DNA from: Guillardia theta CCMP2712
Lineage: Eukaryota > Protista > Cryptophyta
DNA length: 35,807 nt
Direction: 5' to 3'
Assembly (NCBI RefSeq): GCF_000315625.1
Contig: NW_005434524.1
Span: forward strand, 99,871-135,677
Positions within the stretch are counted from its first letter, which is position 1. Each line of letters opens with the position of its first letter. This document shows, piece by piece, positions 11,591 to 23,012 of the stretch. The notes under the pieces were generated by a model. It saw only the letters and a list, made by a program, of their open reading frames with translations, did not search any database and was not told where the DNA came from. The translations under genes were made by a program, and so were the position numbers.

Positions 11591-12571
11591 TCACTTGTCC
11601 TTCTTGTCGGTAGGGCTGTCTCCTCCTCCTCCAAACATCCTCTTCAATCTCTCGAGCTGTTCAGCATCCACCTGCGCTGGCTTGTCCTCCTCAACAGTGA
11701 TATCCTTCAGGGCGGCCTCCTGCTCCTGCTCCTTCTTCAGGCGCTCCTTCTCCATCTCCTCCTCCATCTTGCGCATCTGGTCCTGAATGATGGCCTTCTC
11801 CGGGTCGTATCCCTCAGGAAGGGCTCCAGTTCCATCCAGGTCCTTCACTTCCTCGCCCGCCTCGCCGGAGAGACGCTTGTTGAGCGAGGAGAGGAGGTCA
11901 TCGTCAGAAACGACATCCTCCATGTCGATGAACTCCTTCTTCCACTTCTCGATCCTCTCAACCTCTGCCTTCACCCTCTCCTCCTCCTCTCGGTCCTCAC
12001 GCTTCCCTTCATAGTAAGACCATACAGCCGCCCCTCCGAAAACTCCCACAAGGATGCCGTACTTGACCACGTTCTCTCCCAGGGAGAGCTTCCTCATCCC
12101 GGTGTACTCAATCTCCACCTGCTCCACATCCTCATCCAAGTCTCCTTGGAGCTCCAGATCGGCAAGAGCTGCACTCGATGCCTTGGGCATCACGCACAAA
12201 GATGCCGCAATCGCCGCCGTAGCAAGAAACTTGCTAGCCTTCTGCTTCATACGCTTGACAAGGGAATCTCCCTCGACCATGCTGATCGTGGTGGGGGCAG
12301 CCAGGCGCGAGGAACGAGCAAAGGAATGGAGGTCCAGTGAAGTCCGTGCAGAGCATGCGGAACGAAGCGGCAGAGCAGGGCTGAGGAATGCCTCGCTTGC
12401 AACGAGGAAAGAGCAGAGGAGGAGGAGGACAAGGCAGGAAGAAGATGATGCATCGCTTACACGGGTAGATCTGTTCCTAACACACTGCAAAGAGGAGGAG
12501 GATGTGACGGAGGTGGAGCATGCGGTCGATCGCTGCATTCTCCGCCCTTCGGCTCCTCTCCGTTGCTGCAT
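11591..12571 (-). CDS. Intronless nucleus-encoded plastid (thylakoid) single-pass membrane protein
   Basis: Hydrophobic signal CLVLLLLCSFLVASEA/F, S/R-rich transit peptide, second hydrophobic leader KFLATAAIAASLCVMPKASSA (lumen-transfer-like), acidic segment, TM YGILVGVFGGAAVWSYY, then charged helices (EEEERVKAEVERIEKWKKEFIDM). Start codon uncertain (12571 or a slightly downstream ATG). Confidence 0.8.
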   Translation of the reverse strand: MQQRRGAEGRRMQRSTACSTSVTSSSSLQCVRNRSTRVSDASSSSCLVLLLLCSFLVASEAFLSPALPLRSACSARTSLDLHSFARSSRLAAPTTISMVEGDSLVKRMKQKASKFLATAAIAASLCVMPKASSAALADLELQGDLDEDVEQVEIEYTGMRKLSLGENVVKYGILVGVFGGAAVWSYYEGKREDREEEERVKAEVERIEKWKKEFIDMEDVVSDDDLLSSLNKRLSGEAGEEVKDLDGTGALPEGYDPEKAIIQDQMRKMEEEMEKERLKKEQEQEAALKDITVEEDKPAQVDAEQLERLKRMFGGGGDSPTDKKDK

Positions 12572-13100
12572 GGCGGCCGCCGTATGAACCAATCTAGGCC
12601 CAAATAAATTCACATCGTAGTACAAAATTTCATAATTGAATATATATTTGCTGTAAAGTTTCAAAGCTTCCTTGTCAATTTGGTGGGACACAGAAAATTT
12701 AGACCCCCATGTTTCCTGCAAGTCCAACAATGTAGGGAAATTTTCCGACGTGCCAAACATTGTTAGAAAATAATTCGATTATATACTTATATATCCAAAA
12801 TTTAAGGTTAAAATTTAGAGACTTGTGTTAAATATGTTACTACGTCTTTATATTTCCGGCCAAGATTCACCCCATCCGGTAGAAACTCGTAGTCTCATTT
12901 GCCACCCTGGCAACCCCCAACTTCTACCCCTTGAACACCAGTACCCCCAAATAGAATAGTAAAAGTACCCCTACTCCCAGGTCCTTCTAGAAATCTCATG
13001 ATCGTTACCATCCGTGATTTACCGTTGGAAAAGGATAAAAACGTAACGGAATATGTAACTGTTTCTTCGTTCAGGTAACGGTTTCGCCGAAGATGCGCCT
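12572..13100. promoter_or_regulatory. AT-rich divergent promoter region between the thylakoid protein gene and the kinase gene
   Basis: Abrupt drop in GC content. Contains GTACCCC (12941), AAGTACCCCTAC (12963-12974), minus-strand GTTACATATT (13050-13059) and the inverted repeat TTGCCA-CCC-TGGCAA (12899-12913). Confidence 0.55.
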
Positions 13101-13539
13101 CCAGCCGTAGTAGGAAGGGGAGGGCGAGGAGGAGGAGGAGGAGGAGGAGGAAGTGAACGAAGGGGGGGAGACAGTGAGGAAACGATGAAGATTGAAGTTG
13201 CTAGGACAAGATGGAAGAAGAAAGATTGTTAGACCGCCAGAATAGCATGCTTTGGGTACAGAATTTCACACATTTCTGCGCCGGCCTAGTGCAAGATGAT
13301 TGTTTGCTTATTCTTGTTCATGACTGAGTGTCTCTTGCATCAGAGAAACTGTCTCATGCAAAACAATTCCCCAGGACAGCAGGTAAACTCCACAGGAGCT
13401 GTTTCATCGCCTTACATTCCTTGCAGCACGGTGAAGAAGAAGGGTCGAATGACTCTAATCAAGAGGCTTCTAGGAGGAGCCCGCGTCCTTCTCTCGACTT
13501 GATTGTGCCTCCTCCTCCTCTCATCATTCAGACCAGGTG

Positions 13540-15298
13540 ATGCCAGCTCGTGTTCAACTCAGCGCTCCTGACATCATCATCAGCGCAGCGGCACAGGACG
13601 GCTCCGAGGTCAACGAGCGTGCAGCTGGGACGATAGCCCAAGTCCCCAACTCGCATCTAGAAGTTGTGCTCCACGATCCTCTCAGCAGGAAGGTTGTAGT
13701 CTGGGACAACCAGCGACAGCTTGCTCAGGTTCAGAACCTCTCTACATGCACACGGCACTGCCCGTACTGTAATCGACCATTGCCCAACAACACACCAGAG
13801 TACGAGGAGAGTGCTCCACAAGCCGACGCGCGGTACGTCTCTCCTCGTTACTTTGGGCTGCTCTCTGCCCAGTTGCAGCAGAGCAGAAGCGATGAAGGGA
13901 GCGATAGAGAGGACTACGGAGGATTCAATGCGGGGACGATCAACCTGGCCTTGCCGGCTCTCCCGTCCCCGGACATGAGATGCCGTTCGGAAGAGCCTTT
14001 GCGACGAGAATCTCCCCAGATCCTTGAAGGAGATGAGCCAAGAGCAGCTGCAAGGGCATCCAGACCCGCTGCTGTGCAGTCAAAACCAGAGTCAAACGCT
14101 CACTCGAGCGTTAACGACGTCCCGCCGAGCAGCGGGTCGAACTCGTTGCCATCAGACTCTCTGAACGTCGGCTACTATGCAAGATTTTTTCATCAAGTCC
14201 GCCGAATCGGGACAGGAGCCTATGGTAGTGTCTTCGAGTGCCGGCACGTCATGGATGGAGTGCATCTGGGTACTTATGCGGTCAAGGTAGCCCCGGTCGG
14301 CGACAATCGACAGTGGCTGCACAAAGTGCTGCGGGAAGTGAGAAACTTGCAGTTTCTATCACACAACAACGTCGTGAGGTACATGCACTCTTGGCTGGAA
14401 CCGCACCAGAGCTCTCCTTTCACTCCCATGGTCCCTTGCCTCTTCATCCTTATGGAATATGCGAACTCAGGAAACCTTCACTCCTTGTTGGCCCTCGACC
14501 TGCCGCAGAGAAAACGAGGCTTTCTCTCGGAGGAGCAGATCTTCCTCTACACCATGGACATCTGCTCAGGGCTGCAGTATCTCCACTCCATGGACATCGT
14601 CCATCGTGACCTGAAGCCTGAAAACATCCTGGTGCAGTCAGGGCGACAGAGCGACTCAGGGATCGACATAGGCCATCGCCTCATGATCTCCGACTTGGGG
14701 CAAAGTCAGAGGCTATCGGAGAACAGAGGCGCTTCGAGGAGATCAGGCTGTACGGGGACAGTGCGGTACACAGCACCTGAGATGCTGGAGGTATCCGTTG
14801 CGTTCTCCTTGCATGTTCTCCCAGTCTGATCATTCCACGTTGCAGGAGAAATTCCCGGATGGCGTCAGGAGTGACGGGACGTTTAGCGTGAAACGGCAGT
14901 ACCTCTATGACTGGAGCACAAAGGCAGACGTCTGGTCGCTAGGAGCCATCGTCTTCTGCCTGTGCTACAGCGCCATCCCCTACCAAGAGATCGAGGACTT
15001 GCAGGAGCTCGCTCGCTGCGTTGTCTCGGGCCCTTCGATGCCGCGCCCTTCCACTCCCGTAAGATCTCCACCGCTCGTCGAGCTGCTCGACCTGACCCTC
15101 GACAAGGATCCTTCGAAGGTGAGAAGGGAGGGCGTCCCTGTGCCGCCTGCTTGTCTGCGTCATGCTGACTCATCGCGCACACCTCAGCGACCTGAAGTTT
15201 CGACTATTCTTTCATCTCCAATCATCCAAGACTACATCTCGAGAAGGTGTGCACCCAGATTGGAGCCGTTGAACATGAGGAAGAGGCCGCGAAGTTGA
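13540..15298 (+). CDS. IKS1: IKS1-like serine/threonine protein kinase
   Basis: Exons 13540-14790, 14846-15118 and 15188-15298. Kinase motifs IGTGAYGSV, YAVK, HRDLKPEN, DLG (for DFG), GTVRYTAPE and DVWSLG. Features I associate with the IKS family: N-terminal EVVLHDPLSRKVVVWD...CPYCNRP, YVSPRYFGLL, YYARFF...RHVMDGVHLGTYAVKVAPVGDNRQWLHKVLREV, and PFTPMVPCLFILMEY. Extra 5' exons are possible. Confidence 0.85.
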
Positions 15299-15426
15299 GG
15301 CAGCTGTGGGGCGAGCGAATTCCTTCTCCCCATCCTCTAGCAGAAGCTTAGCAGTATGAAGGGGATCTCCAGATTGCCTTTGCTCTTTCTCAGCTTGACC
15401 TTGAGACAAGACACTAAGAGGTAGCC

Positions 15427-18400
15427 TCACAGCCAGGTACCACACAACAGTCCCCACGGATCTTCTAGCCAACGGGAAGGTGCTACGGTCGTGCGAGTAC
15501 CGTCGGAGAGGGACTTGCAGTCGTCGGCTCGCTGGAGCTCGCCTGCCGTAGGCCTCCTCCCCCAAGAGACCGGTACTTCTCTTGTATTGCGTCGTAACGC
15601 GCGCGAGCATGGCATAGATGAGGTCAGGGAGGTCGGGAGTGACCTGCCAAGGCCCCACCTCCCAGCTATCACGTTCGGAGAGGTGGAGGAAACCAATGGG
15701 GGGATCCTGTCCAGCCTCGGGCGGAGCTTGTGGGGAGGGGAGCGAGGATCGATCTCGCAATTCTTGCTACTGCGCACTCGATCGGTCATGGGCTTCATCG
15801 GGCTTCGATCGCTGTGGACTTTGGTACTGAAGAAGGTCGTCCGACTGGGGCAGATAGCGGACCGATGCCTGCAGGAGAGCGACACTGTTTGACATGCTTT
15901 TCTCACTTCACTCTACAAGTTGAAAGGGTTCTCAACGATGGTATCAGCATTTGACAACCTCCCCCTCTCTCCCCCCCTCTCTCTCCTCCTCCTTTCACGC
16001 CGACAGCCCTCTCATGAAAGTAACGCTGTACAAGTCCTCCGTCTCCTCCCTCATGAAGGTGCACTCTACACTCGATCCCACATGTCCCAGCAGCAGCTCA
16101 GCAAGCTGAGCGAGGCGAAACCCGGCGACCGAGGAGCCGTCAACTGCCACGATGTAGTCCCCCACTGCAACTTTGCGGCATGCGGCAGCTGGGCTCTTGT
16201 CGACGACTGACTTGACCCGAAGGAGCTCCTTGCTGTCGACTCGCTCAAAGTAAGCTCCTATCCCTACCTTGCTCTTCCACGACCTCTGAGAGCTGCTGAT
16301 GGAACGAGACGGAGAGGTCGACAGTGACAGGTCCTCCCGTACCTGAGCCCATCCCCCCTCGCTGCTTTCGCGCCCTTCCGCGCTGCTCCTGCGCCCTCCA
16401 GCTCGCCTGCCTGAGAAGCTCAAGGAGAAGGAGGAGGAAGGCGAGCAGGAGACTGAAACTCCCACACTCCCGTCTTCCTCCCCGCCCCCCTCTCCTTCCC
16501 GTACAGCAGCACACGGCACCTCCGATTCCCCTGCCTCCGAGCTTGCGCGTTCCTGAGTTGTATCACACTTGCTGGGCTCCTGACCAGCCGCTGCTGCTGA
16601 ACCCCACGCCCTTGTCTCCTTCGATACCAGCTCCCCTGCTGTACCAACAGCAGCACCTCCTCCTCCACCTTCACACACAGCTTCAGCAGCTTCCGGCGAC
16701 TCCACCGCTGCTCCCTCCTCCTTGCTGCCTCCTCCTCCTGGATCCGACGGGCCTCTCGTCGTCCTCTCACAAGCTCCAGCTGTAGCGGATGCAGCAGCAG
16801 CTGCTGTAGCAGCAGCAGCAGACGTTGACTGGTCGGGTGCGATCGCGTCCTTGCTGGGCAGCTGGCTGACCGGGGCCGATGGGAGCTGAGAGTGGGCAGA
16901 TGGAGGATGGGCAGGGGCAGCAGAGGCAGAGGCTAGAGCACAAGCAGCAGCAGCAGCAGCAGCTGGAGCAGGAGCAGCAGCTTGTGGAGCTGCAGCTGGA
17001 GCAGGAGAGGCAGTAGAAGCTTTGCTACCCGTAGCAGCAGCGGGGAAACAAGCTGAGACTGGCGGCCTGACGTCTGGAGCCTCTTGCTTGATGATCGGAG
17101 CTGCGGGAGGCTGCGGTCCTGTCGTCGTCTCGTTCGATGACTTGAGAGCAGGAGCAGCAGTGGGATGAAGAAGAGATGCCGACGCTGCCGAGGTAGCAGC
17201 AGATGCCACAGCTGTCGTGGTGGATGGACCTGAAGCAGCAGCAGGCGCTGGCGCCTTCACTGTAGTCGCTTCCTTGCTGGGCTCCTGGCCGGCTGCTGCT
17301 GCTGGGCCCGGCACCCTTGTCGTATCCGCACAAGGTTCAGACCCTCCTGCTGCAGTCCCGGATGCACCACCAGCCCCAGCCCCAGCCCCAGCAGCAGGTG
17401 CTGGTGACCTGTCGGCCGTTGCCTCCTGCCTGCTTGCCGGGGCTGCGGGTAGCTGCGGGCTCATAACCTTGGAAGAAGTAGCAGCAGCGTCACCAACTTC
17501 ACCTCCTCCTCCTCCTTCACCCACAGCTTCAACAGCTTCCGGCGACTCCACCGCTGCTCCCTCCTCCTTGCTGCCTCCTCCTCCTGGATCCGACGGGCCT
17601 CTCGTCGTCCTCTCACAAGCTCCAGCAGCTGCTGCTGTAGCAGCAGCAGCAGACGTTGACTGGTCGGGTGCGATCGCGTCCTTGCTGGGCAGCTGGCTGA
17701 CCGGGGCCGATGGGAGCTGAGAGTGGGCAGATGGAGGATGGGCAGGGGCAGCAGAGGCCGAGGCTAGAGCACAAGGAGCAGTAGCTGCTGCTGCTGGAGC
17801 TGGAGCTTGTGGAGCTGGAGCAGTAGCTGGAGCTGGAGCAGCAGCTTGTGGAGCTGGAGCAGGAGCTGGAGCTGGAGCAGGAGAGGCAGTAGAAGCTTTG
17901 CTACCCGTAGCAGCAGCGGTCAAGCAAGCTGAGACTGGCGGCCTGACGTCTGGAGCCTCTTGCTTGATGATCGGAGCTGCGGGAGGCTGCGGGCCTGAAG
18001 CAGCAGAAGGTGGAGAAGGTGCTGGAGCGAGAGGTGCAGTCGCTTCCTTGCTGGGCTCCTGGCTGGCTGTTGCTTGAGAGATTTGCTGCCTTGATGTGGA
18101 CCCCACAAATGCTGCAGTCCCTGATGCACCAGCACCAGCACCAGCAGCTCTTGCAGCACCAGCACCAGCACCAGCACCAGCACCTCCAGCAGCAGCTCCA
18201 GCAGCAGTTCCAGCTGCTGCTGCTTCAGCAGCTGCTGGCGACTTGACGGGAGCTCTGCCGATGTCAGCAGTGGTAGCAGCCGATGCGTCAGCAGTGGCAA
18301 CAGGTGGGGCTTCAGCTGTCATAGTAGCAGCATCACGTGCTGGAGGCTTGACGGCTGCAGTCGCATCCTTCCTGAGCTGCTGGCCGGCTGGACCTGTGGA

Positions 18401-21400
18401 GACTTGCGACTTCTTCGCCCCCGAAGAAGCAGCAGCGGGAGCAGCAGCAGCTGAGAGCTCAGATGTCGTCGGAGCTCCTGCACTTGCGATCTCCTTTGCC
18501 TTTGCTGTCGTTGCAGCGGTTGGAATGGCAGCTGGCGGCGGTTTGGCGACTGACGTCGAGCTGCTGCTGGGCTGGCTGGTCGGAGCTGCAGGTGCAGCTA
18601 CAGCCGTTGAAGATGCAGCTACAGCCGTTGAAGCTGCTGGTGCAGATCCTTTCGGCTTGACGGCTGTCGCCACGTCTTGGACTGTCGAAACTGCTGGGCC
18701 GGAACTGAGTCTAATCATCTCTTGCGCATCCGTAGAACAAGCAGCAGCAGCAGCAGGCGCTAGGGGCGACATGACAGCTGCTGCAGCCTTGCTGGGCTCC
18801 TGGCCAGCCACTGCTGGAGAGATTTGCTGTTTCACTGCCGACTTGGCACAAGGTGCTGTCGCTCCTGCTGCAGTTTGTGGTGCACCAGCTCCAGCTGCTG
18901 CTGCTGCTTCAGCAGGTGCTGGCGACTTGAAGGGCGCTGCCGCCTGCTTGCCTGCCGGGGCTGCGGGAAGCTGCGGGCTCATAACCTTGGAAGCAGCAAC
19001 GACCGATGAGGCTGAAACTGTCACCTGCTGGCTTGCGAGGGCAACGGGGAGCTGCAATTTAACTACCACAGGCTGAGAAGGAACAGCGATAGCAGCAGGA
19101 CCTGGAGCAGCAGCTGGAGCTGGAGCTGGAGCTGGAGCTGGAGCAGCGGCTGGAGCTGGAGCTGGAGCTGGAGCTGGAGCTGGAGCGGCCGCTGAAGCTT
19201 GAGCTTGAGCAGCAGCTGGAGCAGCCACTGGAGCTGGAGCAGCCGCTAGAGCAGGAGCAGCAGATTGACCTGGAGCAGCAGCTGGAGCAGCAGCAGCTGG
19301 AGCGGCCGCTGGAGCTGGAGCTTGAGCTTGAGCAGCAGGAGCAGCAGCTGGAGCTGGGGAGGCAGCTGGAGCTGGAGCTGGAGCAGCCGCTAGAGCAGGA
19401 GCAGTAGCAGGACCTGGAGCTGGAGCAGGAGCTGGAGCTTGAGCTTGAACAGCAAGAGCAGCCGCTGCAGCAGGAGCAGCAGCAGTTGCTGGAGCAGCCG
19501 CTGGAGCTTGAGCTTGAATAGCAGGAGCAGCAGCTGGAGCTGAGGAAGCAGCAGGAGCAGCAGCAGGAGCTGGAGCTTGAATAGCAGGAGCAGCAGCTGG
19601 AGCAGGAGCTGGAGCTGGAGCAGGAGCTGGAGCTGGAGCAGCCGCTAGAGCAGGAGCAGTAGCAGGAGCTGGAGCAGGAGCAGGAGCTGAAGCAGCAGCT
19701 GGAGCTGGAGCAGGAGCTGGAGCTGGAGCAGGAGCTGGAGCTGAAGCAGGAGCTGCAGCTGAAGCAGGAGCTGGAGCAGCAGCTGAAGCAGGAGCTGGAG
19801 CAGCAGCTTGAACAGCAGGAGCAGCAGCTGGAGCAGCAGCTGAAGCTTGAGCAGCAAGAGCTGGAGCGGCCGCTGGAGCTTGAGCTTGAGCAGCAGCTGT
19901 AGTGGCCACTGGAGCTGGAGCAGCCGCTAGAGCTGGAGCAGCAGCTGGAGCAGCAGCAGCTGAAGCGGCCGCTGGAGCGGCCGCTGGAGCTGGAGCTGGA
20001 GCTGGAGCTGGAGCTGGAGCTGGAGCTGGAGCAGCAGCAGCTGGAGCAGCCGCTGGAGCAGAAGCTGGTGCAGCAGCAGCTGGAGCAGCCGCTGGAGCAG
20101 AAGCTGGTGCAGCAGCAGCTGGAGCAGCAGCAGCTGAAGCGGCCGCTGGCGCAGCAGCAGCATCTGGAGCAGCAGCAGGAGCAGCAGCAGCAGCAGGAGC
20201 AGCAGCTGGAGCAGCAGCAGGAGCAGCCGCTAGAGCTGAGGAAGCAGCTGGATCTGGAGCTGGAGCTGGAGCTGGAGCAGCCGCTGGAGCAGCAGCTGGA
20301 GCAGCAGCAGCTGAAGCGGCCGCTGGAGCAGCAGCAGCAGCAGCAGGAGCAGCAGCTGGAGCAGCCGCTAGAGCTGGGGCAGCGGCTGGAGCTGGAGCAG
20401 CCGCTAGAGCTGAGGAAGCAGCTGGATCTGGAGCTGGAGCTGGAGCTGGAGCTGGAGCTGGAGCAGCCGCTGGAGCTGGAGCTGGAGCTGGAGCAGCAGC
20501 TGGAGCTGGAGCTGGAGCAGCAGCAGGAGCTTGAGCAGCAGCAGCAGTAGCTGGAGCAGCAGCAGCTGGAGCTGGAGCAGAAGCAGCAGCTGGAGCAGGA
20601 GCAGCCGCTGGAGCAGAAGCTGGATTAGCAGCAGCTGGAGCAGCAACTGGAGCAGGAGCAGGAGCAGAAGCTGGAGCAGGAGCAGCAACTGGAGCTGAAG
20701 CAGTGTTCCCCTGTGCCTGGGCGGCTGGAACGGCATTGTTTCGGGCCGGGGTTGGCTGGCTTGCTGTCGACTTGACCGTCGGGGGAGGCAGAGACGCTGA
20801 AGCTGCTGCACGACAAGTTTCAGCAAGTGTAGAGCCCTTGACTTTCGTCCCTCCCTTGCTGGGCTCCCCGCCGGCCGGGGCTGGGGGGAGCTGAGGCCTC
20901 GTCGTTACCGCGGCTGTAGCGGCGGATGAAGCTGCTGCTGGTGTTGCTGCTGGAGTATGTGGATCTGCTGCTGGAGTATGTGGAGCTGCTGCTGGAGTAG
21001 GAGCAGCAGCAGGTGAAGCTGCTGGAGTAGGAGCAGGAGGAGCAGGTGAAGGTGCAGCTGGAGTAGTAGCAGGAGGAGCACAGGTAGCTGACGCCATGGG
21101 TTTGACCGCTGCTGTCGCATCCTCACTGGCCGGAGCTGCTGGGGCCCGCGGGGTCGTAGTGGGAGGAGACTCTCGAGCGACTCTGGTCGACGTGTCCGTT
21201 TCACCTGCTGTTGCATCCGTTACAAGCCCAGACCTCCTCCTCCCTTGCTCTCCTCCCGCAGCATCTGGCCGCCTGACAGCTGACTCGCCACGACTCTTCA
21301 CGTCCGTCGCTCGTCCATGCTCCCCTCGCTCCGCTGTTCCAGCTTCTTCCTCCCCTTCGGTCCTTCCTAGGGTCATCACTACGTCCCCCCTTTTCTGCTC

Positions 21401-22666
21401 TCCGCTTTCATCAGCTGTGGGGCCCGAACCCAGCACCATAACTTGTCCTGCACACCGAGTCTGCTCCTGCTCCTGCTTCACCATCCCTTCCCTGCCACTT
21501 CCTCGAGTTACTATCGAGGACATAGCGTCAATCTTCTCCTTCAACTTCAGCTTAGCCTTTGCAACATACCCATCGCCCCGCTCCACAGCTTCTCCCTCCT
21601 GCTCGCCGACTGCCCCTCCCTCATGCGCTCCCAAAGACGGCGAAGCACCTCCTCCCTCCTCACGAGAAGCTCCAGCAGTCGAGGGAGCATCTTCATCCTC
21701 TTGAAAGAGGTCAGGGCTGATCAACGTCAGGCTCCTTCTCACTTCCATCTCACTAGAAGCCTCGTGCGGATACATCCACTTCGTTCGAGCTTTCGGTGTG
21801 ATCACTCTACAAGGTTCCAGTTCGTGCAGGTTGTCAGTGAGTCCGTGTTGTCGTCTGCTCGCTTCCAGCGCCATGGTGAGACTCTCTGCTCCTGTTCTCA
21901 GGATTCCGATTCTCCTCCCCCCGCTCATCGGACTCTCAGAAACGCTCAGCTCCTGCCGCTCACTCAAGGGGCTTGCAAGGGGCACGCTCGAGATCTCAAG
22001 TCCTGCTAGTTGATGTGACTCAAGTCTTCCCAGTGGATGGGAGACATGAAAGTCTTTGATCTCAACAGACTTGGTGTTGTCATGCTTCTTGTGAGTGCTC
22101 AACCACGGTCTGCTTGTTCTCTGCAGACTTCCCCGAGCTTGACACTGTTGTTCCCATTCATCGAAGCTTTGCCGCAACCTCCCTCTATCTCTGCGATGTA
22201 TCATCCGGCTCATACACCTTCTCGTGTATCGTTTGCTATGACAGTAGTCGGCAAGTCGCCAGAAAGGTTTTGCGATCGTGTTTCTCCTCAGCAGAGTCGT
22301 GGAAGCAGCAACGAGCCTGCTGAACAGGGTCTGGCGGAACGTCTCATAGATCTGCTGTTGGCCTTTGAGCAGGATCTCCTGCCTGTTCAAGTTTTCTTTC
22401 ATTTTGTGCTCGGTCTCATCGTTTGATCTTCGCTTCTCAACAATCTCTTTCTGGATCGACAGCATACCGCAAAAACGCACATGTCAGACTAAGTCGTGCT
22501 TCCAGCAAAGACCTCTCCTCACCTGCAGCTGCTTCTTCCTCCCCTCCAGCTTCCCGAGCTCACCATGAGCTCTCGCTAAGATCTTCTCAGCCTCTTCGCA
22601 GGCCTCCCGCGCCTCCTCCTCCGCCCTTCTCCTCCTCCTCCGCGCCTCCTCCAGCCCTCCCAGCAT
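15427..22666 (-). CDS. Very large (>2300 aa) Ala/Pro-rich protein with N-terminal coiled coil and a PDZ domain near the C-terminus
   Basis: Exon 22666-22523 (MLGGLEEARR...GRKKQLQ), intron 22522-22451, then a ~6.45 kb open exon ending in a PDZ domain (VGIGAYFER...LRVKSVVDKSPAAACRKVAVGDYIVAVDGSSVAGFRLAQLAELLLGHVGSSVECTFMR, ~16010-16270). Two short introns plausibly join it to the frame HRSAICPSR...GLLCGTWL-stop at 15427; otherwise it stops at 15995. Confidence 0.75.
16655..17995 (-). repeat. Internal ~460-480 bp duplication within the PDZ gene (copies ~16655-17117 and ~17510-17995)
   Basis: GPQPPAAPIIKQEAPDVRPPVSAC...GSKASTASPAPA...HPPSAHSQLPSAPVSQLPSKDAIAPDQSTS...GACERTTRGPSDPGGGGSKEEGAAVESPEA occurs twice with near-identical DNA. 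Confidence 0.9.
19085..20700 (-). repeat. Coding microsatellite-like array encoding ~540 aa of Ala/Pro repeats
   Basis: GCT/CCA/CCT codon repeats with higher-order units (e.g. APAPDPAASSALAAAPA twice, APALAAAPA several times), stop-free in the gene frame. Confidence 0.9.
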
Positions 22667-23012
22667 TTCCCCTACCCCAGGACCACCCCTACCTCCTTTT
22701 CGACCTACCTCGATAGGGTCCTCGACCGACACACCCCCTAACGGTATTTTAGAATTTAGTCAATTAATCCTGCTACTGAAAATTTAGTCAAAGTGGTTTG
22801 AGCAGAGGTTTTTGCTGCCTTTTCCTTTTCCTAGGATTCTGTTGAGGCGGGTTTGTAAAGACTACCCTTTCCTACTTCGTTTGCCTTTCAGTCAATTAAA
22901 AAAAAGAACGAATCATGTTCGAGGTTGTAGTAGTAAAGAGCAGTCATGGTGAAAGTTGCGGGGAGACGAAGGAATGGGGAGAGAGGGAGGGAGGGAGAGG
23001 AACAAGTTTGAG

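Noticed and set aside
12572-12760. 63-codon N-terminal extension of ORF 11591..12760
   Set aside because: It is AT-rich, unlike the coding sequence elsewhere, overlaps the promoter-like region and would push the signal peptide about 110 aa from the start.
19645-20826. Antisense and alternative-frame ORFs (Gly/Ala-rich, Gln/Leu/Glu-rich) over the PDZ gene
   Set aside because: Expected by-products of a GCT/CCA repeat that lacks stop codons in several frames.
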